Assembly: GCA_963736025.1 (NCBI GenBank)
Contig: CAVTNH010000002.1
Location: 595,351 to 659,350, forward strand
Length of the DNA: 64,000 nt
Direction of reading: 5' to 3'
Origin: an uncultured Chloroflexia bacterium
Lineage (GTDB): Bacteria; Chloroflexota; Limnocylindria; Limnocylindrales; CSP1-4
Part shown: positions 27,515 to 37,955 of the stretch, one piece after another
Position numbering within the stretch: the stretch's first letter is position 1
Layout: the number at the start of each line of letters is the position of its first letter
The notes under the pieces: model-generated
Seen by the model: only the letters and a program-made list of their open reading frames with translations
The model's database searches: none
What the model was told of the DNA's origin: nothing
Position numbers and translations under genes: made by a program

Positions 27515-28434
27515 ACCGTCCGGCCCAGGACGACCTCGTGGCGACGTGCGTCCTCCCGGCGGCGGCCCAGCTCGGCGAGTGCCCGGTCTGGAGCCCTGAC
27601 GACGCTCGGCTGTACTGGGTCGACATCGATGCTCGGGCGGTCCACCGCTTCGACCCGGCAACCGGGCGCGACGATCAGCGGCCGGCACCCGGGCGACCAG
27701 GCTCGCTGGCCTTGACCGCGATCCCCGGCCGGCTGCTCGTCGCCATGGAAGGCCGGCTCGCGTTCCTCGATTGGGACCGCGGGACATGGAGCGACTGGGT
27801 CGCCCTCGAGCCGGAGGGCGTCGGCAATCGGCTCAATGACGGGCGCTGCGATCCGGCCGGGCGCTTCTGGGTCGGGTCGATGTTCGATCCTGCCGCGGCC
27901 GGCAAGACGACCGGGCGCCTCCATCGGGTCGCGAGCGATGGGACGGCGCGCACCGTGCGGTCGACGATCGGCGTGCCCAACGGGCTGGCCTTCGCGCCCG
28001 ACGGGCGGACGATGTACTTCGCCGACACCCCCCGCGAGACGGTCTGGGCCTACGACTACGACGTGGATGACGGCGAAGCCACCAATGAACGGGTGTTCCT
28101 CGACTTCGGTCGGTTGCCGGGGCGGCCGGACGGGGCCTGCGTCGACGAGGCCGGCGGCTACTGGATCGCCTGCCTGTTCGGCTCGGCGGTCCTGCGGGTG
28201 ACGCCGGCGGGCGCGATCGACCGCACCGTCCGTGTGCCGGTCGTCAAGCCGACGATGCCGGCGTTCGGCGGCGACGATCTCTCGACGCTGTTCATCACGA
28301 CGATCGGCGGCGGCGGGTCTCACGAGCGCGACCCGAACCAGGTCGATGCGGGCGGGCTGTTCGCGGTCGAGACCGGGGTCAGGGGCTGGCCCGAGACGCG
28401 CTTCGCGGGTGGTCCGGCAGCCGGGACGGCCTGA
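27511..28434 (+). CDS. SMP-30/gluconolactonase/LRE-family lactonase
   Basis: GECPVWSP, NRLNDGRCDPAGRFWVGSM, PNGLAFAPDG, RPDGACVDEAGGYW. The GTG start overlaps the upstream TGA (GTGA). Confidence 0.85.
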   Translation: MNRPAQDDLVATCVLPAAAQLGECPVWSPDDARLYWVDIDARAVHRFDPATGRDDQRPAPGRPGSLALTAIPGRLLVAMEGRLAFLDWDRGTWSDWVALEPEGVGNRLNDGRCDPAGRFWVGSMFDPAAAGKTTGRLHRVASDGTARTVRSTIGVPNGLAFAPDGRTMYFADTPRETVWAYDYDVDDGEATNERVFLDFGRLPGRPDGACVDEAGGYWIACLFGSAVLRVTPAGAIDRTVRVPVVKPTMPAFGGDDLSTLFITTIGGGGSHERDPNQVDAGGLFAVETGVRGWPETRFAGGPAAGTA

Positions 28435-29414
28435 TGGCGACGACCTTGCCGCCCGTGTGGTTCGAGCGCCCCGTCCTCCCCGAGCTCGCCGCGTCCGTGG
28501 CCGCCGAGTGCACGATCCTCGGCCCGGCCGACGACGAGGATCCGTACGCCGGCGTCGACCGGGCCCTTGCCGCCGTCGTCGGGGCGGCGACGTACGGAGA
28601 CGCGTTCATGGCGCGTGCCCCGGCATTGCGAGTCGTCGCCCGGACCGGCATCGGCTATGACGCGGTCGACGTCGCGGCGGCGACCCGGCGCGGGATCGCG
28701 GTCTGCAACACGCCGGACGGCCCGACGATCTCGACCGCCGAGCACGCGGTCACGCTCATGTTGCTCGTCGCGAAGCGGGTGACCCCCGCCGCCGGGGCCC
28801 TCCGGACGGGGACGGCGAGCGGCTACTACAGCCGCCACACCGGCATCGAGCTCGATGGCAAGGTCCTGGGTCTGGTGGGCTTCGGCCGGATCGCCAGACA
28901 TGTGGCCCGGATCGCCGTCGGACTCGGGATGCAGGTGATGGTCTTCGACCCCTACCTTGCCGCTGCGGCGATCCCGGCCGGGATCGAACGCGCCGACACC
29001 CTCGACGCGCTCCTCGCCTCCGCCGACGTCGTGTCCGTCCACGTCCCGTTGACCGAGGACTCGCGCGACATGTTCGGCGCGGCCGCCTTCGCGTCGATGA
29101 AGCCTGGAGCCGTGTTCATCAACACCGCTCGTGGCGGCCTGGTCGATCAGGAAGCGTTGCTCGAGGCCCTCGATGACGGGCACCTGTTCGGCGCCGGACT
29201 GGACGTCACGTCGCCCGAGCCGCTCCCGATGGGTCACCCGTTGCTGGGCCGCGACGATGTCGTGGTCACGCCCCATGTCGCCTCCGCGACGGGCGACGGC
29301 AAGGCCCGCATCTTCCGCCTCGCGTTCCGGCAAGCGATGGATGTCATCGAAGGGCGACGCCCGGAGTACCTCGTCAATCCCGACGTGTGGGAACGCGTCG
29401 GCTCGGCGCCATAG
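28434..29414 (+). CDS. D-isomer-specific 2-hydroxyacid dehydrogenase family (NAD-binding)
   Basis: GLVGFGRIARHVA, INTARGGLVD, TPHVAS. The ATG overlaps the upstream TGA. Confidence 0.85.
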   Translation: MATTLPPVWFERPVLPELAASVAAECTILGPADDEDPYAGVDRALAAVVGAATYGDAFMARAPALRVVARTGIGYDAVDVAAATRRGIAVCNTPDGPTISTAEHAVTLMLLVAKRVTPAAGALRTGTASGYYSRHTGIELDGKVLGLVGFGRIARHVARIAVGLGMQVMVFDPYLAAAAIPAGIERADTLDALLASADVVSVHVPLTEDSRDMFGAAAFASMKPGAVFINTARGGLVDQEALLEALDDGHLFGAGLDVTSPEPLPMGHPLLGRDDVVVTPHVASATGDGKARIFRLAFRQAMDVIEGRRPEYLVNPDVWERVGSAP

Positions 29415-29427
29415 GCAGGAGTCTCCA

Positions 29428-30600
29428 TTGAAGACGATCGGGATCGGGGTCATCGGGTTCGGCTGGATGGGTCAGGCGCATTCGCGGGCCTACCGCGACA
29501 TCCCCGTCTACTTCCCCGAGACCGGCATCCAGCCGCGCCTCGCCGCCGTCGCGGACAACGTGCCGGAACGGCTCGACCTCGCGCGCGACAACTTCGGGTT
29601 CGCCACGGGCACCCTGGACTGGCGCGAGCTCATCGCCCGGGATGACGTCGATGTGGTCGACGTCACCGCGCCCAACGCGCTCCACCGCGAGATCGTCGAG
29701 GCGGCGGCCGCCGCGGGCAAGCACATCTCGTGCGAGAAACCGGTCGGGATCGACCCGGAGGCGACGGCCGCGATCGAGGTCGCGGCGCGGCGGGCCGGGG
29801 TGATCAGCGGCTGCGGCTACAACTACCGCTGGGCGCCGCTCGTCCAGTACACCCATCAGCTCATCGCGGACGGCCGGCTCGGTGAGCTGACGCACTACCG
29901 CGGACGCTTCTTCTCGATGTACGGGCGCGATCGGCTCGGCCTGCTCTCGTGGCAATTCCTCCAGGAGGAGGCCGGCTACGGGGTCCTGAGCGACCTCATG
30001 TCACACGCCATCGACATGGCCCAGTTCATGTGCGGACCGATCGCCCGGGTCGTGGCGGTGAAGGAGACCTTCATCAAGCAGCGGCCGCTCCCGATCCCTG
30101 GTGCCGGCACGCACTACGACCGCGGCAAGCCCGGCGACCCGACTGGAGCCGTGACCAACGAGGACTACGTCGGCGCGCTGGTCGAGTTCGAGAACGGCAC
30201 GCGCGGGACGCTCGAGTGCGACCGCTCGATCGTCGGACCGCAGAGCTCCATGGCCTTCGAGCTGAACGGCTCCAAGGGAGCGGCAGGCTGGGATCACGAA
30301 CGCCTGAACCAGCTGCGCCTGTACCTTCCCGAGGAGCAGCCCAATGACGGGTTCATCGAGGTCCTCGCCGGCGACGCGTTTCCGAACCAGGGGAACATCG
30401 TCCCCGGCGGCGGCAACTCCATCGGGTACGAGGACCTCAAACTGATCGAAGCGCTGGCGTTCCTCCGGTCCGTGGCGGCGGGCACCCCCCATGAACCGGG
30501 CTTCACCCAGGCGCTGGCCAACGCGTCGGTCGCGGCGGCGATGGTCCGCTCGTGGGCGTCCGGGGGCTGGGAGGACGTCGTCAGCCTCCGGATCGCTTGA
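29428..30600 (+). CDS. Gfo/Idh/MocA-family oxidoreductase
   Basis: TTG start with AGGAG 6 nt upstream. IGVIGFGWMGQAH, EKPVG. Confidence 0.85.
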   Translation: MKTIGIGVIGFGWMGQAHSRAYRDIPVYFPETGIQPRLAAVADNVPERLDLARDNFGFATGTLDWRELIARDDVDVVDVTAPNALHREIVEAAAAAGKHISCEKPVGIDPEATAAIEVAARRAGVISGCGYNYRWAPLVQYTHQLIADGRLGELTHYRGRFFSMYGRDRLGLLSWQFLQEEAGYGVLSDLMSHAIDMAQFMCGPIARVVAVKETFIKQRPLPIPGAGTHYDRGKPGDPTGAVTNEDYVGALVEFENGTRGTLECDRSIVGPQSSMAFELNGSKGAAGWDHERLNQLRLYLPEEQPNDGFIEVLAGDAFPNQGNIVPGGGNSIGYEDLKLIEALAFLRSVAAGTPHEPGFTQALANASVAAAMVRSWASGGWEDVVSLRIA

Positions 30601-30613
30601 GGACGTCGCTGTC

Positions 30614-31375
30614 GTGCTGAAGAACCTGACCAAGGCGAAGCTGGCCGACGGGCACCCCGTCTTCGGCTGCTTCGTCCGGACCGCCGCCCCGTCGTTGATC
30701 GAGTACGTCGCGCTGCTCGGCTGGGACTTCCTCGTGCTCGACGGCGAGCACGGGACGCTCCAGCCCGACCAGGTGGAGGACCTGTGCCGGGCGATCGAGC
30801 CGCGCGGCGTCACGCCGCTCGTGCGGGTGACGACCAATGACCCACCGACGATCCTGCGCTACCTCGATACCGGCGCGCACGGCGCCCACATCCCCTGGGT
30901 CAACAGTCCGGCGGAGGCGGAGCGAGCCGTCCAGTCGGTGAAGTACTCGCCGCGCGGCGTCCGCGGGCTCGCCGGCAGTCGGGCATCCGAATGGGGTCTG
31001 CGCGAGCCGCTGGGCGAGTTCGTCGAGCGATCGAACCGGGAGACGCTCGTCGTGATCCAGATCGAGACGCAGGATGCCGTCGATGCGATCGACGACTATC
31101 TGGCGATCGACGGCGTCGACGTGCTGTTCCTGGGCCCGACGGACCTGTCGCAGTCCCTGGGCCACCCGGGGGACCTGCGCCATCCCGACGTCCTCGCGGC
31201 GCAGGACCGGGTCGCGAAGGCCGTCGTCGGATCCGACAAGGTCCTCGGGATCTACGCCGGCACCGCGGACATGACCCGCGAATGGCTGGACAGAGGAGCA
31301 CGCTATTTCACGACGTCGCTGGAGCCGTTCCTCCGGGACGGGATGACCGCCCACCTGAAGCACGTTCGAGGATGA
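30614..31375 (+). CDS. HpcH/HpaI-family (class II, 2-keto-3-deoxy-acid) aldolase
   Basis: DFLVLDGEHG, VRV, IQIET, LFLGPTDLS. Confidence 0.8.
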   Translation: MLKNLTKAKLADGHPVFGCFVRTAAPSLIEYVALLGWDFLVLDGEHGTLQPDQVEDLCRAIEPRGVTPLVRVTTNDPPTILRYLDTGAHGAHIPWVNSPAEAERAVQSVKYSPRGVRGLAGSRASEWGLREPLGEFVERSNRETLVVIQIETQDAVDAIDDYLAIDGVDVLFLGPTDLSQSLGHPGDLRHPDVLAAQDRVAKAVVGSDKVLGIYAGTADMTREWLDRGARYFTTSLEPFLRDGMTAHLKHVRG

Positions 31376-31382
31376 CCAGGCC

Positions 31383-33228
31383 ATGAAGACGATCCGACTC
31401 ACCACGGCCCAGGCGATCGTGCGATGGCTGCTCGCGCAACGGACGCGGATCGACGGTGAGGAGGTCGCGCTCTTCGCCGGCGTCTTCGCGATCTTCGGTC
31501 ATGGCAACGTGACGTCCCTGGCCGAGGCGCTCGAGCCGGTGCAGGATGAGCTGCCGACGTACCGCGGCCAGAACGAGCAGTCGATGGCGCTCGCCGGCGT
31601 GGCCTACGCCAAGGCCATGCGCGGCCGGCGGATCATGATCGCCACCTCGTCGATCGGCCCCGGCTCGACCAACATGGTGACGGCCGCAGCCGTCGCCCAC
31701 GCCAATCGCCTGCCGATCCTCCTCTTCTCCGGCGACACCTTCCAGCACCGGATCGTCGATCCCGTCCTCCAGCAGGTCGAGCACTTCGGTGACCCGACCG
31801 TGACGGTGGCGGACACGTTCAAGCCGGTCAGCCGCTACTGGGACCGGATCACCAAGCCCGCCCAGATCGTCCGCTCGCTCCCGCAGGCGCTGGCCGTCAT
31901 GCTCGACCCCGCGACGCGCGGCCCGGCCTTCTTCGCGCTGCCGCAGGACGTGCAGGCGGAGGCGTACGACTTCCCGGAGGCGTTCTTCGAGCCGAAGGTC
32001 CATTACATCCGGCGACCGGGGCCGGATCCACGGGACGTCGAGGCCGCTGCGGCCCTCATCGAGCGCGCGCAGCGTCCGCTGATCATCGCGGGCGGCGGCG
32101 TCCACTACTCGGGCGCCGCGGACACCCTGCGCGCCTTCGCCGAGCGCCACCGCATCCCGGTCGTGGAGACCGTGGCCGGCAAGTCGACGCTCACCCACGA
32201 CCACCCGAACTACGCCGGCCCGATCGGGGTCACGGGGTCGCGTGCCGCGAACGCGGTCGCGGAGCAGGCCGATGTCGTCATCGCCGTCGGGACGCGGCTC
32301 CAGGACTTCACGACCGGCTCCTGGTCGGTGTTCAAGGATCCGAACGTGCAATTCGTGGCCGTGAACACCGCCTCGTGGGACGCCCACAAGCAGGGCGCCC
32401 AGCCGGTGATCGGCGACGCACATGGTCGCGCTCGAGGCGATCGGGGCGGCGCTCGGTTCGCACGCCGCTCCGCCCGAGTGGCTGGCGGCGGCGGACGAGC
32501 GCATCGCCGAGTGGCACGTCTACCTCAATTCGTGGGCCGGGCGACGGCACGACGGTCCGCCGGCCTATGCCGAGGTCATCCAGGCGATCAACACTGCGTG
32601 CGACCCGGGCGATTACATCGTCTCCGCGGCGGGAGGCCTGCCCGGCGAGCTCGCCATGGGCTGGCGCTCGAAGTCGGTCGGCTCGTTCGACTCGGAGTAC
32701 GGCTACTCGACGATGGGCTACGAGATCGCCGGGGCGTGGGGCGCCCGCCTCGCCCGGCCGACGGGTGACGTCATCACGTGGGTCGGCGACGGCTCGTACC
32801 TGATGATGAACTCCGACATCTACTCGACCGTGATGACCGGGCAGAAGGTCATCTTCATCGTCTGCGACAACGGCGGCTTTGCCGTCATCAACCGCCTGCA
32901 GGTCAACACGGGCGGCGAGGAGTTCAACAACCTGCTGCGGACGACCCGCCACGAGCGCTATCTCCAGGTCGACTTCGTCAAGCACGCCGAGTCGATGGGC
33001 GCGATCGCCGAGCGCGTCGAAAGCGTCGATGACCTGCCGGCCGCGTTCGCCCGCGCGAAGGCGGCGGATCGGAGCTACGTGATCGTGATCCCGGTCGACG
33101 AGTACACCTGGACCGAGGGTGGCGCCTGGTGGGAGGTCGGCGTCCCAGAGGTCAGCGAGCGAGCGCAGGTTCGGGCCGCTCGCGAGGCGTGGACGACGAA
33201 CAAGGGCGACCAGCGGGTCGGCGTCTGA
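31383..33228 (+). pseudogene. iolD: 3D-(3,5/4)-trihydroxycyclohexane-1,2-dione acylhydrolase (ThDP enzyme) with a mid-gene frame break
   Basis: The N-terminal 345 aa (…GPGSTNM…QPVIGDA) are in one frame. VALEAIGAALG…GDGSYLMMNSDIYSTV…CDNGGFAVINRLQ… continues in the frame of ORF 32422-33228. The break is at about 32417-32423. Confidence 0.85.
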
Positions 33229-33232
33229 TCCG

Positions 33233-34019
33233 GTGGGCGACTTCGATGGCCGGGCCGTCATCGTCACCGGCGCGGCGTCCTTTCTCGGCGAGGCGCTCGG
33301 AGCGATCCTCATCGCCGAGGGCGCGAGCGTCCTCCTGGCCGACCGCGACGCCGAACACGGCGCGGCCGTGGCCGCTCGCCTCGGCGCCCAAGCCCAGTTC
33401 ATCCAGACGGATGTCTCACGGGACGCCGACCTCGACCGCTTGATCGCGACCGCGCTCGAGGACCACGGGCGGCTCGACGGCGTGGTCGGCGCGACAGCGA
33501 ACTTCGACGATGACCGCCTCGCCAGCACGCGCGAGCTGTGGGATCGCGTCCTCGATACCAATGTCGCGTCGGCAGCCGATGCTGACGACCAAGGCGGCTG
33601 CCGTGATGACCGCCGGTGGCGGGATCGTCCACGTCGCGTCGATCAGCGGGCATGTCTCGCAGCCGGCGCGCGTCGTCTACAACGTCTCCAAGGCGGCCCT
33701 GCTCATGTTCGTCAAGAGCGCCGCCCACCACCTCGCGTCCCGCCCGATCCGGGTCAACGCCGTCTCGCCCGGCTGGATGTGGAGCCGCAACATCGAACGG
33801 CGATATGGCACGCGGGAGCGGGCGGACGCCCTCGCAGCGGAATTCCAGCCGCTCGGTCGGATGGCGGACCCGGAGGAGGTGGCCCACGCCATCGCGTTCC
33901 TCCTGTCGAGCCGCGCTTCGTTCGTGACGGGCGCCGAGCTGCTCGTCGACGGTGGCTACTCCACGATCGGCCCCGAGGCGCTCGGCCAACCGTTCGAGAA
34001 GATCCGGACGATCGAGTAG
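33233..34019 (+). pseudogene. Short-chain dehydrogenase/reductase (SDR) with a mid-gene frame break
   Basis: VIVTGAASFLGEA...DTNVASAA is in the frame from GTG 33233. MLTTKAAAVMTAGGGIVHVASISG...YNVSKAAL...VNAVSPGW is in another frame. The break is at about 33575-33580. Confidence 0.8.
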
Positions 34020-34030
34020 CGCCGCTCGCG

Positions 34031-36622
34031 TCAGCGGGTCGAACGTTCGCGGATCCGGTCGTCGAGCTTCGCCCGACTCGAGGCCAGGTCGGCGGCCAGA
34101 CGGGCACGCTCGGCCGGTGATCGGACGGTCGCGACTTCCTCGATCCAGGTCCGTGCCCCGTCGATGACGGTCCCGATCACGGCCGCGTCCTCGACGTCGA
34201 ACGCGGGCTTGCCGGGGACCTCGAGGTAGATCGGCGAGCTGTGGGCGCCCATGCTCGTGGCAAAGCCCGAGTGGATCTGCTCGCGGCTGGTGACCCGGGC
34301 GGCCAGCCAGCCGCTCTTGGAGACAGTGACGCGTTCGGCCAGGCTGATGCGATCGACCCCGCCCCCGGATGCCGCGGCCACGACCACGCCATCGTGGACG
34401 AGCTCGAGTCCCTCGATGACCGGCTGGGCGGCGGACGCCTTGACGATGACCTCGATCGATCCGCCGTCGCCGCCGAGCGCGATGACGTCGCCCGGGGCGT
34501 GGCCGTCCGCCTCCAGCTCGACGAACGCGCCGGACGACACGAAGGTCCGACCCGCCCGGACCGCCTCGGCCCAGGCAGCGAAGGACAGCGGCGCACCGGG
34601 CGCGAGGCGAGCGTACGTGCGGATCGCCCCGAGCGGGATCTCCGACGACATCTTGTCGGTGCCGCCCACGATCGCGAGCCGATAGCCGCAGTTCAGGAAG
34701 CGATACCACTCGCGGATCGACGGTCCGTCGACGTTCGGCGTCAGGGCCTGCATCTCGACCGCGTCGATCCTGCCCGACACGATGTCCGCGGCGATCTCCG
34801 CATAGGGCAGCGGGAAATGGACGGCCACGACCAACCCCGACTGCGCGTGCGCGGCATCCGCCCAATCGCCGATCAGCCGGTCGAGCGGGTCGCCCAGGCG
34901 GGCCTCCGGCGCCCCGGCGCTCGCCATCGGGAGGATGGCATCGGACGTCCCGAGCAGGCCGATGTGGCCGAGCATGTTCTGGCGGTTCTCGCTGCCCATG
35001 ACGACCAGGTGCTCGCCGGCATGGTCCGCGACGACTTCGACCGGCATGTCGGCGATGCTGGTGTGGTGGTCGCCCCACTGCGTCGCGAGCAGGTTCGCGA
35101 TCGCGATGCCCTCCGCCCGAGCCTGGAGGAGCGCCGAGGTCGGCGAGATGAAGTGGACGTGCGTGTCCACGGCGATCCAGTCGGCGCCCGCGGGGCCGGC
35201 GACCGGCTCGATCGGCAGGACCAGCGGGGCACGGCCGAGGTCGTCGCCGACGTCGATGGACCGCGCCAGCGGGCGGTAGCCGAACCCGCGCACCACCTCG
35301 ACCTCGACGGCGCCGTCCGGCAACGCGATGGGGAACCGGCCCGGGACGTACGCGTAGGCAGCACCGTTGAGGACCAGGTCCGCCCCGGTGTCCTCGTTGA
35401 GCCCGGGGTTGATCTCGTCGCGGTGTCCGAGGGGCGGGAGGTATCGCCCGTCGGCCGCCACGAACCGGACGCGGGCGGGCGTCGGTTCGCCGCTCACCGC
35501 GTCCACGATCTCGACGTCGACCCGTCGCGTCGGCGTGCGCAGCGACTCGATGACGATCCGGCCGAACCGCCCTCGCGCGCCGTCTGCCGGAAGGCTGCTC
35601 GCCGGGATCCGGTCCTCGCCGATCGAGACCGTCGCGTCCGGCGCCATCGCGAGATCGACGAGCCGCCCCGCCGACGATGCCGCCTCGTCGGTCGGCACCC
35701 CCCAGCCCACGACCCGCGTGGGTGGACGACCGGCCGCGAGGGGCGCCGGCGCCGGGCGCTCCCGGAACACCTGCCCGAGATCCACGGCGAACTCGCCGGA
35801 ACCGCCGCGCCCGGTGTCGTCGATCCGCAGCGTCCGGCGGGGCTCGACGACCAGCGGCGAGGCGGTTCCCCGGAACGTCGTGACCGCCGCGACGACGACC
35901 GCGCCACCGGCATCGAGCGGTGCCAGCGGCTCCATGGTCAACCGGCTGAGATCCGCCGGCCCGCCCGGGATCTCGATCGCGTGCAGCCACAGGACGATGT
36001 CGCCGGTCGGGCTCGGCACCGAGTCCGCCACCCCGGTCTGGGCCGGACCCCAACTGCCGGGCAGGATCCCGAGCAGCCCGGCGTCGCCCGGCGCGGCGTA
36101 GCCTCCAGGTGGCATCGCCGGATACGGGCCGCGCCAGTCGAGCGGGGTGTCGACGAGGTGTGGAAGTGCGGCAAAGGCGCCCTGGCCCCACCCGACGATG
36201 CCGTCGTTCACCTCGAAGCGACGCCGCACGACCTTGGTCACCGTCCCACCCGAGGCCAGCTCGACGGTGTAGCGGGCGAGGGGCTGCCCGACCGGGGTGA
36301 CCCAGCCGATCGGCAGGTCCGCGGGACGTCCATCGACCGGATCGCGCCAGGCATCGCAGAAATGCGCGACGATCACGTGGCTGGCCGGTCCGATCGGGCG
36401 CAGGTCCACGCTGGCTGGCCGGTCGAGCAACAGCCAGCGCCGGTCGCTCGCGGGACGGGCGAAGCGGAACGGCAGTCCGCGGAGGACCTGGCGGCCGGCC
36501 GGCAGCCGTCCGACCGCCTCGCGGTAGCCGGGGTGGAGACGCGAACTGAGGTCGCGATCGCTGGCGTTGCGCTGACGTCGCAGGTCCACCGGGGTCGCCA
36601 GATCCGTCGCCCGCGGACTCAT
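34031..36622 (-). CDS. Large (about 860 aa) protein: uncharacterised N-terminal half plus a C-terminal PHP/CehA-McbA-like metallohydrolase domain
   Basis: C-terminal half has DTHVHF, GSENRQ, HIGLLG, VHFP, GGTDKMS, typical of the CehA/McbA (PHP-superfamily) hydrolases as I recall them. I recognise no motifs in the N-terminal 430 aa or so. The first ATG is at 36622. Confidence 0.6.
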   Translation of the reverse strand: MSPRATDLATPVDLRRQRNASDRDLSSRLHPGYREAVGRLPAGRQVLRGLPFRFARPASDRRWLLLDRPASVDLRPIGPASHVIVAHFCDAWRDPVDGRPADLPIGWVTPVGQPLARYTVELASGGTVTKVVRRRFEVNDGIVGWGQGAFAALPHLVDTPLDWRGPYPAMPPGGYAAPGDAGLLGILPGSWGPAQTGVADSVPSPTGDIVLWLHAIEIPGGPADLSRLTMEPLAPLDAGGAVVVAAVTTFRGTASPLVVEPRRTLRIDDTGRGGSGEFAVDLGQVFRERPAPAPLAAGRPPTRVVGWGVPTDEAASSAGRLVDLAMAPDATVSIGEDRIPASSLPADGARGRFGRIVIESLRTPTRRVDVEIVDAVSGEPTPARVRFVAADGRYLPPLGHRDEINPGLNEDTGADLVLNGAAYAYVPGRFPIALPDGAVEVEVVRGFGYRPLARSIDVGDDLGRAPLVLPIEPVAGPAGADWIAVDTHVHFISPTSALLQARAEGIAIANLLATQWGDHHTSIADMPVEVVADHAGEHLVVMGSENRQNMLGHIGLLGTSDAILPMASAGAPEARLGDPLDRLIGDWADAAHAQSGLVVAVHFPLPYAEIAADIVSGRIDAVEMQALTPNVDGPSIREWYRFLNCGYRLAIVGGTDKMSSEIPLGAIRTYARLAPGAPLSFAAWAEAVRAGRTFVSSGAFVELEADGHAPGDVIALGGDGGSIEVIVKASAAQPVIEGLELVHDGVVVAAASGGGVDRISLAERVTVSKSGWLAARVTSREQIHSGFATSMGAHSSPIYLEVPGKPAFDVEDAAVIGTVIDGARTWIEEVATVRSPAERARLAADLASSRAKLDDRIRERSTR

Positions 36623-36723
36623 CCTCGCGTGCCGATGGTCTGCCAGGTGGTCCCTGTCACGGCCCAGATCCCTCCCGCCACCAACGCGCGTTGACCCTCC
36701 CTCGGTCGGTATGCTAGCTTCCG

Positions 36724-36737
36724 CGCAACCGATTGCA
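36724..36737. promoter_or_regulatory. LacI-type operator-like site CGCAACCGATTGCA
   Basis: Lies in the divergent region between the 860-aa hydrolase (minus) and the LacI gene (plus). It differs at only one position from the site at 26534-26547. Confidence 0.55.
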
Positions 36738-36869
36738 CAAGCCTCGGGAGTCAACGCGAAAGCGGAGGGGCTTCGGACAGTGGGTGCGGATCTTCCAACA
36801 CCCGGGGAGAAGGCCAGGGCGGTCGAGATGATGGTCCCCCAGCCGTCGTCGGCGAGCTAGTCGAGCCGG

Positions 36870-37955
36870 ATGCGTCGAGCCCCCGAACGCCGTGTGGTTC
36901 TCGCGGACGTCGCCCGGATCGCCGGGACGTCCGAGGCGACAGCGTCGCGCGCACTGAAGGACGACCCCAGGATCGGCGAGGCGACGCGTGCGGCCGTCCA
37001 CGAGGCCGCCCAGAAACTCGGCTACGTCCCGAATGCCGCGGCGCGGAGCCTCCGCGCCAAGCGGACGCACATCCTCGGCCTCCTCGTGCGGGACCTCGCC
37101 GATCCGGTCCACGGCAAGGTCGCAGCGGGCTTCGAGGAAGCCGCAGCCGGCCAGGGATACGCGGTCTTCATCATGACCGGCTCGCACGACCGGGAACGAG
37201 AGCAGCGGGCGCTGACGGCGTTCGTCGAGCACCGGGCGGACGGGATCGTGGTGGCATCGTGCGTCAGCGACCCCGGCGAGGTGTTGGCCCGGGTCCCCGC
37301 CGAGCGCGTCGTCTTCGTCCAGCCCGACTATCCAGGGCTCGCGCGCGGCGAGGATCCGCCGGCGCGGGGCGTCCTGCGGACCGACGACGCCGCAGGGTTC
37401 GTCGCGACCGTCGAGCATCTCGTTGACCGCGGGTATCGGCGGATCGCCTACGTCGGACCGGGCAGCGAGGCCGCGGACACCATCCGGCGGGCGGCGACGG
37501 CTGCGGCGCTCGAGCACGTGTCGCGCGGCCCGATCCGATTCATCGATGCCGGCACCGATGGCTGGCGGGACGCCTCGATGGTGGCCCGCGAGATCGCCGC
37601 CGATCCGCCGGACGCCCTGGTCTGCTACGACGACAAGCTGGCCCTCGCGGTCCTCGCCGCGCTCCGGGCGACCAGCCTGGTGGTTCCCGACGACATGGCC
37701 GTGACGGGCTTCGACGGGATCCCGGCCGCACACCAATCCTGGCCACGGCTCACGACGGTCGAGGTCCCGTCGGTCGAGGTCGGCCGTCGCGCGGTCGAGA
37801 TGCTGATGGCATCCACTCGAGAGGGCCGGATGCCGGCCTCCGAGGTCATGCCCGTCCGATTCGTGGTCGGCGACAGCACGCCACCACGCACCTCGCGCAT
37901 CGCCGGCCGGGACGTGTCGGCGGTCGCCTCGGCCAGCCCGGGATCCAAGTCGTGA
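36870..37955 (+). CDS. LacI-family transcriptional regulator
   Basis: N-terminal HTH VVLADVARIAGTSEATASRALKD plus a periplasmic-binding-protein-like sugar-binding core. Confidence 0.9.
   Translation: MRRAPERRVVLADVARIAGTSEATASRALKDDPRIGEATRAAVHEAAQKLGYVPNAAARSLRAKRTHILGLLVRDLADPVHGKVAAGFEEAAAGQGYAVFIMTGSHDREREQRALTAFVEHRADGIVVASCVSDPGEVLARVPAERVVFVQPDYPGLARGEDPPARGVLRTDDAAGFVATVEHLVDRGYRRIAYVGPGSEAADTIRRAATAAALEHVSRGPIRFIDAGTDGWRDASMVAREIAADPPDALVCYDDKLALAVLAALRATSLVVPDDMAVTGFDGIPAAHQSWPRLTTVEVPSVEVGRRAVEMLMASTREGRMPASEVMPVRFVVGDSTPPRTSRIAGRDVSAVASASPGSKS

Noticed and set aside
33399-36694. 930-aa minus-strand (33399-36191) and 817-aa plus-strand (34241-36694) ORFs
   Set aside because: These are an alternative frame and the antisense strand of the 860-aa hydrolase gene and the SDR. 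They are Arg/Gly/Pro-dominated, have no recognisable motifs and have no RBS.
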